Below are positions 52,890-61,051 of a DNA stretch of 64,000 nt, piece after piece; position 1 is the first letter of the stretch, and the number at the start of each line of letters is the position of its first letter. Source of the stretch: Candidatus Gastranaerophilales bacterium (GTDB lineage: Bacteria; Cyanobacteriota; Vampirovibrionia; Gastranaerophilales; Gastranaerophilaceae); the NCBI GenBank assembly GCA_944325905.1, contig CALVBY010000001.1, positions 31,873 to 95,872 on the forward strand. Reading direction: 5' to 3'. The position numbers were made by a program, and so were the translations under genes. A model generated the notes under the pieces. The model was not told the origin of the DNA. It saw only the letters and a list, made by a program, of their open reading frames with translations, and made no database searches.

Positions 52890-54110
52890 TTAATTACAAA
52901 TATCTTTTCTATAGCGCATTCCATCGAATGAAATCAAGTTCAAATCTTCGCTTAAATTTGCTTTAGCTCTGGAAAGAGTTTTAGAACATGACGTCAATAC
53001 CAAGTTATTACCAACATCGGATATATATTCGAAATATTTATTACGTTTTGATTTTATAAACGAAATTTCCGAATCAATCAATTCAAGATTTGGAATAACT
53101 TTATCCGCCAAACGAGATTTCACAAGACATGAAACAGAGCAATTGTCATTTGTAATAAGGTCATCGTACTCGTCAGCAAAAAAACCGTTTGCGCAAGCTT
53201 CAAAAACTTCAAGTAAATTTTCATCAATTACATTCAAAACAGCTTGTGCATCAAAATCTTTAAAAAATGGCTTAAACTCAAGTACCGTATAAGTATCAGG
53301 AGATGTTAGAACAACATCAACACCTAAAATTCCCAAATATGGTATATCTTTTTTTTGAAGTGATGTTAAAGCACTTACAATAACGTTATTAAAAACATCA
53401 CGTAAAATATCATCCGGTATTTTATAATCCGGAACATAAGCACCGACACCGGAAGTAATAAGTCCGCCATCACCATCTTCTGTAAACTTGAAATTTGCAA
53501 CTGTAGTTATAGGAATTGCCTGATATCCATCTGTTACGACATATAAAGTAAATTCATGCCCGAAAGCATATTCTTCTATGACAACTTTATCCTCACCTCT
53601 TGAGAATAATTCTTCCGTGAATACTTTAGCATGAGAAAAATTTGTACAACATAATCGATCATGGCTGTCATCATCCATGTCACATCGCACAACAAGAGGA
53701 TAATCTGCATTTTTTAAATAATCTAAGGCTAACGGCAACTTTTCAAAAATGCCAAATCTAGGTGTTGGGGCATGTAACTTATAAAGAAAACGTTTACCGT
53801 AGGACTTGTTTATTGCAAAAGACGCACTCTGTGCGGTTGGCGCAAATATCAATTTATCATTTGCTTGAAACACCGATGCAATATCACTTCTTATTGCTTT
53901 TTCAGATGTAGCAATTGTTAAATCAATATTATTTTCTAAAGCAAATTTTAAAAGTCCGGTAACATCGTCTTCTCTAATATCAATACATTCAGCAAACTCC
54001 GACATTAATTCTATTCCCGGAGCAACATAGACTTTTTCTACAAGAGATGCCATCTTTTTTGCCAGAGCAAAAGAATTACCAACAACTAATATTTTTTTAC
54101 CGTTTTTCAT
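52890..54110 (-). CDS. PurD (phosphoribosylamine-glycine ligase)-like ATP-grasp protein with degenerate catalytic motifs
   Basis: Collinear by eye with PurD (VEKVYVAPG, IDLTI, IFAPTA, VVIEEY, GVGAYVP, VLEF), but GGREHA, KADGLAAGKGV and EFNCRFGDPE are replaced. Confidence 0.65.
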   Translation of the reverse strand: MKNGKKILVVGNSFALAKKMASLVEKVYVAPGIELMSEFAECIDIREDDVTGLLKFALENNIDLTIATSEKAIRSDIASVFQANDKLIFAPTAQSASFAINKSYGKRFLYKLHAPTPRFGIFEKLPLALDYLKNADYPLVVRCDMDDDSHDRLCCTNFSHAKVFTEELFSRGEDKVVIEEYAFGHEFTLYVVTDGYQAIPITTVANFKFTEDGDGGLITSGVGAYVPDYKIPDDILRDVFNNVIVSALTSLQKKDIPYLGILGVDVVLTSPDTYTVLEFKPFFKDFDAQAVLNVIDENLLEVFEACANGFFADEYDDLITNDNCSVSCLVKSRLADKVIPNLELIDSEISFIKSKRNKYFEYISDVGNNLVLTSCSKTLSRAKANLSEDLNLISFDGMRYRKDICN

Positions 54111-54175
54111 AAAAAAATTATACTACATAAAAAAGATGATTTTATTAAGATATTTTAATTTTTTTCAAACATATA

Positions 54176-54184
54176 TGCTATAAT
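54176..54184 (+). promoter_or_regulatory. Extended -10 promoter element candidate (TGcTATAAT)
   Basis: TGCTATAAT at 54176-54184, 48 nt upstream of the ATG at 54232. Confidence 0.35.
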
Positions 54185-54231
54185 AATGACAAAAGAAAAA
54201 ATTTTATTAAATATCCACCAGAGAGGGTTAT

Positions 54232-54459
54232 ATGGCAAGTATTGTAAGTTTGTTAACTCAAGTATTATCAGGACAAAATGTATCTTCAACAACCGCTATA
54301 AGAAGTACAACAGCATCACTTTCAGGCAGAAATCCTTTTGTCAATTATAACAATACAAATACTTATGCTAAAAATACTCCGGTAAGGGGCGGCTATTTTG
54401 CAGGATATTATAACGGTAAACAAAATATAGTCGGTCAAAGATTATTTATTGAAGTTTAA
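54232..54459 (+). CDS. Hypothetical small protein (75 aa), S/T/N/Y/G-rich
   Basis: AGAGAGGG ribosome-binding site 5 nt upstream of the ATG. No signal peptide or motif recognised. Same strand as, and 48 nt upstream of, the next gene. Confidence 0.5.
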   Translation: MASIVSLLTQVLSGQNVSSTTAIRSTTASLSGRNPFVNYNNTNTYAKNTPVRGGYFAGYYNGKQNIVGQRLFIEV

Positions 54460-54507
54460 TTTTTTACCCCAACTTATGCTATAATCAAATTATAGAAAGA
54501 GGGGTAT

Positions 54508-56265
54508 ATGAAAAAGAGTTTGCTTTTATTTATATTGGTAGTTCTAATTGTTTATCTTGTGTTTGATAGATTTGCAATTCAGTTAGTATGGGTCAACCCA
54601 AACGTTAATACTAAAGTGTTTCCATATATTTCAAAAGCACTAAAAGAACTTGATAACGGTATTGATTATTCAGCACTTGCAATGCAATCTTGCGGCAAAG
54701 ATGTTAAAATTTTGTATAAAAATGCTTACGGATCCGGATTTTTGAAAAATAATCCAATACCTAATGATCTTGACTACTCTATTGGCGTATACCTTGGCGA
54801 GTACGAATTTGACGGCAAAAATAGCCGTGAAATTGCCAAAGATATTGACGAAAAAATGACACTTTTTCAAACGGAATTCTACAGTTATATAAATACAATA
54901 AATCCGGGAAAATTTTATTCAGACTACGATATTCTAACATCTCTTAGCACGTTATTTAGCAAAAGAGAAGCAAATATTGAATCTATAAGTAAATCTATTC
55001 CCAAACTATTTAATCACCAAGATTACATAATATACACCGATAAAATTCTTGTAGATAATAATAATAACGAAATTCACATGATGTTCCCTTTCATATTGAA
55101 AAAGAACGAGATTTTGATTGAGGACTACAGCCCAATAGAACTCTTTACAAATACAGTCAAATATGACAAAACAAACAGAGATATGTTGCGAGAAGTAACT
55201 ATTGTAGCTGATTTTTACGTTAATATCAAAAAAGGCGACGATATAGTTAATGCAGAAATTGTAGCCGAATCATTTACCGGACAAAGATTGCAACTGACTA
55301 GAAGATTTTTTGTCCCTATAATTTTTACAGGAAATTCATCAGCTCGTTATCTAAAAAACTTAAATCTACTTACAAATGATGAAGACTACCTTGAATATAG
55401 ATTATTCAATTTCAGAAGACACTTGCAAGAGTTTTCAAATTTAAACGAACTCCAAGAAAGACCCGTAAAACTTTTCAAAAGAGTTTTACAATGCGCAGAT
55501 TTGATAGCCCCGGTATTAGATCCACATACTGCAGACGATATCTACCAAACTATTGAATACAATTTAAAAAATCCAAAAATTCAATTACTAAATGACTATC
55601 AAACAGCATTTGGAAATCTTGTACAAATAGTTTCAATGCCTAATCTGTATCTAAAGATTCAATATAATAACAAAGTAACAGCTCATTTGAATACAATGAA
55701 ACAAATTGTGGAAGAAATGAAACAAACAAAAACCTTAAAGGACAACGAACTAGCTATTGTTGAAAATTACACAAATGATTTGGCAAATCGTGCAAAACTT
55801 ATAAATTCAGAATTCAGATTAAAAGACTACTACAAATATATAATGAAAACAGCTAAAACACCTATGGACATAGTAGAAAATGCAATTAATCAAAACACAA
55901 AAGATAAAGAAAAAATCATAAGCTATATCGATACATTTACAAAAATAATGACTATGGCAGGATTTCATAAAATTGATATGTGTTGGCTAGATACCAAAAC
56001 AGTCGGAATTGTACGTGATGATTTTACAAACACGATACCGGAAAAAGATCTGAAGAATATGGCAACACAAAATAAACTTGCAGACGTCAACTACAAATTT
56101 ATCAATAAAAAAGACTTATATGGTCCTAAAGTACGTTATGCTGTTTGGGTAAGATACAATTCTACGCAAAAAGAAAACGAAGTTTGGGAGACAATGAAAA
56201 CCAAATTACTTGATGACAAAGATAATTTCAATATCAAAAGACGTTTTATATTCTTAACCAACTAA
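54508..56265 (+). CDS. Membrane-anchored hypothetical protein with Pol-beta-type nucleotidyltransferase motif (tentative)
   Basis: N-terminal hydrophobic anchor (LLLFILVVLIVYLVF). AYGSGFLKNNPIPNDLDYSIGV fits hG[GS]-x(9-13)-Dh[DE]h. Large helical C-terminal region. Confidence 0.6.
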   Translation: MKKSLLLFILVVLIVYLVFDRFAIQLVWVNPNVNTKVFPYISKALKELDNGIDYSALAMQSCGKDVKILYKNAYGSGFLKNNPIPNDLDYSIGVYLGEYEFDGKNSREIAKDIDEKMTLFQTEFYSYINTINPGKFYSDYDILTSLSTLFSKREANIESISKSIPKLFNHQDYIIYTDKILVDNNNNEIHMMFPFILKKNEILIEDYSPIELFTNTVKYDKTNRDMLREVTIVADFYVNIKKGDDIVNAEIVAESFTGQRLQLTRRFFVPIIFTGNSSARYLKNLNLLTNDEDYLEYRLFNFRRHLQEFSNLNELQERPVKLFKRVLQCADLIAPVLDPHTADDIYQTIEYNLKNPKIQLLNDYQTAFGNLVQIVSMPNLYLKIQYNNKVTAHLNTMKQIVEEMKQTKTLKDNELAIVENYTNDLANRAKLINSEFRLKDYYKYIMKTAKTPMDIVENAINQNTKDKEKIISYIDTFTKIMTMAGFHKIDMCWLDTKTVGIVRDDFTNTIPEKDLKNMATQNKLADVNYKFINKKDLYGPKVRYAVWVRYNSTQKENEVWETMKTKLLDDKDNFNIKRRFIFLTN

Positions 56266-57687
56266 CCTTTTAGCACTCATAAAACTTAACATATAACAAC
56301 AAAATGCATATGTTAAAATCTTAAGTATTGAAATATATCCTATTGGAATAAACAAAAGCTGTACAAATATGTAGGAAATAAAACCTATAAGAACACTCAT
56401 TAAAATAGTTTTAATAACTCTTACATAACTAACATAATTTGTATTTTTAGATTGAATTGCTAAATTAAAAATTAATAACAAAATAATAGAAGATAACATG
56501 GCACACCCAGCACCAACCAAGTGAAATCTACTTATAAAAATAAGATTTAGATTTAAACATATCAACCCAACAAAAATTGCAACAAGCATCTCGATATAAG
56601 TTTTATTTTGTAGATGATATTTTATATTAAAAAGCTTCATTAATTCATGTACAAACAAGCTTAAAGCAAAGAATGACAATAAAATATACGATTGGGGATA
56701 TTTTCCTGCAAAAGCCAATTCAGCTACATCTTTTGAAAAATAACAAAATATAGACACAACCGGTAAAAATAAAACACAATAAAGCTGAATTGTATTTGTA
56801 ACAAAAGGCTTGATTCTATCCTTCAACTCATATTTTTTTATAATTGTAGGGAAAATAGCAAACGAAAAAGTTGAAAGAATAGGTGTAAGAATGCTAGTCA
56901 CAAATAGCCAAGAAATACCTGCAACCGCAGTATCATCAAAAAATTTATCATACTGGAAAATAAACTTATTAACATTCAAAATCGCCCAAATACTTGTATT
57001 TGTCAGAATTTGAGGCAAAGCATATTTTAAACTCTCCAAAAGTATTGATTTATTTAATTTCTTATATATTTTCACCCGAAAACTTATACGGTTGAATATG
57101 TAAAAATCAATAATAAACATAGCAATTGCCATCGCGACCAAAACTGCAATTACATTAGGGAATATTCCTGTAAAAACTAAAAACAGTATTAACAATGACA
57201 TTTGATAAATAATAATACTAAAAGAATACAAAAAAGGTCTATTAAGAACCCTCAACATCTGATATAAAAACTGCCTTATACCAGTTGGAATAACCAAAAA
57301 AAGTGTAATTAAGAAAATTCCTTTACTAATGAGAAATTTTTCCAACACAAAGTCTGAAAATATAATAAATCCTAAAAATATCAAAAAATATATAAAAAGT
57401 GTTAACCACAAAAGATTAGAAAAAAATTCATCCTTCTGCCCACTACTGTTGTACTTATCATAAAACCTTAATGCTGACTTAGCTATCCAATCAGTAGAAC
57501 ACGTGCACACCAGATTTAAAATACCAATCGTCAATTGAAAAATCCCAACTTCATTTGTAGTCATCAAATGAGCAAAAATTGGCACGATAACAAGAGAATT
57601 CAATACAACCAACAATCTGGATGGCAAATAACTTAAAAAGGTAGTTATTATAGTATTCGAATTCTTATTTAAACCTATATTAAACAT
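56254..57687 (-). CDS. Wzx-like oligosaccharide/polysaccharide flippase (MOP superfamily, tentative)
   Basis: About 12-14 TM helices with a Wzx-like N-terminal pattern. Starts 7 nt after the last pilin-like gene on the same strand. Confidence 0.6.
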   Translation of the reverse strand: MFNIGLNKNSNTIITTFLSYLPSRLLVVLNSLVIVPIFAHLMTTNEVGIFQLTIGILNLVCTCSTDWIAKSALRFYDKYNSSGQKDEFFSNLLWLTLFIYFLIFLGFIIFSDFVLEKFLISKGIFLITLFLVIPTGIRQFLYQMLRVLNRPFLYSFSIIIYQMSLLILFLVFTGIFPNVIAVLVAMAIAMFIIDFYIFNRISFRVKIYKKLNKSILLESLKYALPQILTNTSIWAILNVNKFIFQYDKFFDDTAVAGISWLFVTSILTPILSTFSFAIFPTIIKKYELKDRIKPFVTNTIQLYCVLFLPVVSIFCYFSKDVAELAFAGKYPQSYILLSFFALSLFVHELMKLFNIKYHLQNKTYIEMLVAIFVGLICLNLNLIFISRFHLVGAGCAMLSSIILLLIFNLAIQSKNTNYVSYVRVIKTILMSVLIGFISYIFVQLLFIPIGYISILKILTYAFCCYMLSFMSAKRLVG

Positions 57688-57694
57688 TTAATCA

Positions 57695-58330
57695 CTAATA
57701 ATCCATTGACCAATCTGAATTTATAATTCTGTTAAAACATCCGGATCCGTACGCATTTTCACGACAAACAGCAACATCGCTGGCATCAGAAACACGGTCG
57801 CCAATAAACCCATCCTTATATATATAGAACAAGAACAAATCTCTACCAGCAACATTAGGTCTAGACTCACCATTCACATCAACAAGAACCCTTGCTGCAA
57901 TAGCTTCATCAGGGGGTTCAATACATATAGAAGATCCCATCGAAGTTTTAACGCAATAAGATTTACCTGAACCTGGAAGTGCTACAGGCTCTTTAATTAA
58001 ATTAGAATAAGAATTAGCGAAACAATCACCAGGCTCCGTTCCACAATCTCTTGTAACCGTAAAATATTTTTTCAAAAATTTACCGGCCGTATTCTCAACA
58101 GTATCTTCAGCCGCATCAACATATAAAGACGACTTGGAAATCGATTTAACCCTTTCATCTATTAACATAAGCTTAACAGCATTGGTAACTGCCGTATACG
58201 CTCTTTGCAAACCAACCACCTGAGATTTTTTGTTAAAATGTGAATATACGATTGGTATTGCAATAATTAAGATAACGCCAATTATTGCTATAGCTATTAA
58301 AAGTTCATTTAAAGTAAAAGCTTTTTTCAT
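57695..58330 (-). CDS. Type IV pilin / pseudopilin-like protein, paralog 4 of 4
   Basis: MKKA/FTLNELLIAIAIIGVI class III signal with Glu at +5. DVNGESRPNVAGRDLF block. C-terminal Cys pair and the ending DWSMDY. GGAG ribosome-binding site. Confidence 0.85.
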   Translation of the reverse strand: MKKAFTLNELLIAIAIIGVILIIAIPIVYSHFNKKSQVVGLQRAYTAVTNAVKLMLIDERVKSISKSSLYVDAAEDTVENTAGKFLKKYFTVTRDCGTEPGDCFANSYSNLIKEPVALPGSGKSYCVKTSMGSSICIEPPDEAIAARVLVDVNGESRPNVAGRDLFLFYIYKDGFIGDRVSDASDVAVCRENAYGSGCFNRIINSDWSMDY

Positions 58331-58341
58331 ATCACCACTCC

Positions 58342-58977
58342 TTAATAATCCATCTTCCAATTATTTTGTTGTAAATAATCAAAACAAGTGAAAAAATAAC
58401 CGTCAAAAGTCGAACAATCTGAGGCCATCTCTTGCAGCGTATCCATTTTATAAACATCTTTCGTAGACAACTCACCTTTATCAGTTACATTCAACAAAAA
58501 GAAATCACGCCCCAAAACATTAGGAGGATCGACATTGTTAACATCTATAAAAATATATTTACTAAAGTCATCATTTATACCAAGGGCCACTCCATTTCTT
58601 AATACAACGAAATCCCCGTAATTCAACATATCAGAACGAGAGCGTCCGGAGTCTATATCCTTGTATACTTGAGCAAAACAACCAGCGGATGAACGACCGC
58701 AATCTTTTTGAATATCTAAATACAATCGCATAAAAGCGTGTGACTGAGTTTCATCTTCATCTTTTAATGGAAAATCAAAATCCTCGACAGTGTATATTTT
58801 TTGACTTAACATGGCATCATTCAATGCTTCAGAAATTTGCCTGTAGGTAGTCTGTAAAGTACTAACATATCCACGAATGTGCGCATTCTTAATAACCGAA
58901 GGGACTGTTAAAACAGCAATTACACCAACCACCGTTAAAGCTATTAATAATTCCGATAATGTAAAAGCACGCCTCAT
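58342..58977 (-). CDS. Type IV pilin / pseudopilin-like protein, paralog 3 of 4
   Basis: MRRA/FTLSELLIALTVVGVI, DVNNVDPPNVLGRDFF, ends NWKMDY. AGAGGTG ribosome-binding site. Confidence 0.85.
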   Translation of the reverse strand: MRRAFTLSELLIALTVVGVIAVLTVPSVIKNAHIRGYVSTLQTTYRQISEALNDAMLSQKIYTVEDFDFPLKDEDETQSHAFMRLYLDIQKDCGRSSAGCFAQVYKDIDSGRSRSDMLNYGDFVVLRNGVALGINDDFSKYIFIDVNNVDPPNVLGRDFFLLNVTDKGELSTKDVYKMDTLQEMASDCSTFDGYFFTCFDYLQQNNWKMDY

Positions 58978-58985
58978 AAACACCT

Positions 58986-59645
58986 CTAATAATTTATTTT
59001 CCAATTATTACTTTCTAAAAGAATATAACAATCATATCCCATATTCGCTTGGCTCATTCTGCAAGAATCAAGTGTAGGTTCATAACCTGAACTTGCATCA
59101 AATCCAACACTACCGTCCTCTAACAGCTCAACGGCAAAATAGTCACGTCCAAGTACATTAGGTGGTTCAGTACCATTAACGTCTATAACAAAAAAACCAA
59201 CAGCCGAATCACTTTCAATTTTTCCGCTCGGACAAAACTCTACAACAGCGCCTGAAGGTAACATTGCAATAAATGATTGCTGCGAACCACCGGCACAAAT
59301 TCGAGTAACAGGCAACATACCTCCTGATGGGGTTTCAATTGTTTTGGTAGTTGTTGGTAAACAAGTTCTGGAAAGTGCTGAACAATTTACTGTTATTTTT
59401 AAATACTTATCAAGAAATTCATCCACATCATAGTATAAAGAACCATCTTCCGGTGTATTAACATGTTCATTTACCATCATATTTTTAACAGCCGTGTCTA
59501 AATCTCTTATTGTTGCCTGAAGCTTCACTATATTTGAATTATTAAAAACATTTCTTGTAATACTAGGAACCGTCAGAACAGCAATCACCCCAATAACAGC
59601 CATCGCAATTAACAATTCAGATAAAGTAAACGCTTTTAGTTTCAT
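58986..59645 (-). CDS. Type IV pilin / pseudopilin-like protein, paralog 2 of 4
   Basis: MKLKA/FTLSELLIAMAVIGVI, DVNGTEPPNVLGRDYF, ends NWKINY. AGAGGTG ribosome-binding site. Confidence 0.85.
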   Translation of the reverse strand: MKLKAFTLSELLIAMAVIGVIAVLTVPSITRNVFNNSNIVKLQATIRDLDTAVKNMMVNEHVNTPEDGSLYYDVDEFLDKYLKITVNCSALSRTCLPTTTKTIETPSGGMLPVTRICAGGSQQSFIAMLPSGAVVEFCPSGKIESDSAVGFFVIDVNGTEPPNVLGRDYFAVELLEDGSVGFDASSGYEPTLDSCRMSQANMGYDCYILLESNNWKINY

Positions 59646-59654
59646 AAACACCTC

Positions 59655-60305
59655 TTAATAATCCATAACCCAATCTTTGTCTTGTAGTTGTTGTAAACAA
59701 GGTTGTCCGTATGATTTTCCTGATATACATTGTCCCTTTCTTGCAGCCTCGTCATAAAAAGGCTGATAATATGCTGTTTGAATCGCACCACTACTCAAAA
59801 CTCTAAAAGAAAACAAATCCCTACCAATAATATTAGGTGGTTCAGTTCCATTTACATCAAAAATAAACGAGCCAACATGATTACTATTATCAGGCGTAAA
59901 GAAAAGAACAGACGCACCATTAGCCAAAATAGCACTATAAGAATCATATCCTTCGTCAGAAAATATTGCTTCTAATTCTTCTGGAACCTCATCCTCTAAT
60001 GATACATAACTCGCAGCAAAACATTCATCATAATCTTTACCACAAACCTTACTTAATTTAAGATAGTTAGCAAAAAAGGTTGCCTTATCCGAATATAATG
60101 ACGAATCAATAAGATCACTAACGTGTTCATTTGTACGCATATTCACTACTGCATCTGAAAGAAGCTTAAAAGTCGACTGGACCTTAACAATATTAGACTT
60201 ATTCGCCATATTTTTGGAAACACTAGGCACAGTCAAAATAGCCACCACACCAATAATTGTCATAGCTATCAAAAGTTCTGATAAAGTAAATGCAAATCTT
60301 TTCAT
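59655..60305 (-). CDS. Type IV pilin / pseudopilin-like protein, paralog 1 of 4
   Basis: MKRFA/FTLSELLIAMTIIGVV, DVNGTEPPNIIGRDLF, ends DWVMDY. GGAG ribosome-binding site. Confidence 0.85.
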   Translation of the reverse strand: MKRFAFTLSELLIAMTIIGVVAILTVPSVSKNMANKSNIVKVQSTFKLLSDAVVNMRTNEHVSDLIDSSLYSDKATFFANYLKLSKVCGKDYDECFAASYVSLEDEVPEELEAIFSDEGYDSYSAILANGASVLFFTPDNSNHVGSFIFDVNGTEPPNIIGRDLFSFRVLSSGAIQTAYYQPFYDEAARKGQCISGKSYGQPCLQQLQDKDWVMDY

Positions 60306-60428
60306 TAAAATCTCCGATAATATAACTCTATACCCAATTTAGCACGTTTTAAAGCGGCTGTCAACAAACATTGTAACGTTTGTAAAAAGAAACATATTAA
60401 ATTTTGTAAAGAGAATGAGTTACCAATA

Positions 60429-60459
60429 TTGACCTTGAGTCAACTCTCAGTTGTAAACT
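60429..60459 (+). promoter_or_regulatory. Promoter candidate with 19-nt spacer containing an imperfect dyad
   Basis: TTGACC (60429-34), 19-nt spacer TTGAGTCAACTCTCAGTTG, TAAACT (60454-59). GAGG ribosome-binding site and the ATG at 60493 follow. Confidence 0.3.
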
Positions 60460-60492
60460 TTAAAATGTTAACAGTAAGCATGAGGTAAAAGT

Positions 60493-61032
60493 ATGAGTAA
60501 AAAAATTTTAGTATTATCATCAAGTCCAAGAAAAAAAGGAAATTCAGATTTGCTTTGTGATGAATTTATCAAAGGGGCAACGGAAGCGGGAAATTCAGTA
60601 GAAAAGATTTTTTTAGCCGAAAAACAAATAAATTATTGCAAAGGATGCGAAGTGTGCAACAACACTCATAAATGCGTACAAAAAGATGACATGGAAGAAA
60701 TTTTAGACAAAATGCTTGATGCGGATGTTATAGTTATGGCAAGCCCCGTATATTTTTACACAATTGACGGACAAATGAAAACGTTGATTGACCGCTCAGT
60801 TCCAAAATACATGGAAATCTCAAACAAAGAATTTTATTATATAATTACAGCAGCAGACACAAACATTTCAAATATGAAAAAAGCTGTTGACTGTTTCCGA
60901 GGATTCACTATAGATTGTCTTAGCGGCTCTGTCGAAAAAGGAATATTATTTGGATTGGGAGTATGGCACAAAGGCGAAGTTGAAAAAACAAAATACATGC
61001 AAGAAGCATATGAAATGGGAAAAACAGTATAG
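60493..61032 (+). CDS. Flavodoxin-like NAD(P)H-dependent FMN reductase / iron-sulfur flavoprotein family
   Basis: ILVLSSSPRKKGNSD, CKGCEVCNNTHKC cysteine cluster, IVMASPVYFYTIDGQMK. Confidence 0.8.
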   Translation: MSKKILVLSSSPRKKGNSDLLCDEFIKGATEAGNSVEKIFLAEKQINYCKGCEVCNNTHKCVQKDDMEEILDKMLDADVIVMASPVYFYTIDGQMKTLIDRSVPKYMEISNKEFYYIITAADTNISNMKKAVDCFRGFTIDCLSGSVEKGILFGLGVWHKGEVEKTKYMQEAYEMGKTV

Positions 61033-61051
61033 AGAAAGGACAACTAATCCA

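Noticed and set aside
60950-61051. The long N-terminal extension of dxs given in the ORF track (start 60950).
   Set aside because: The extension overlaps the last 83 nt of the flavoprotein gene and encodes Lys-rich non-homologous sequence. The Dxs homology begins right after the ATG at 61052, which has an AAAGGA ribosome-binding site.
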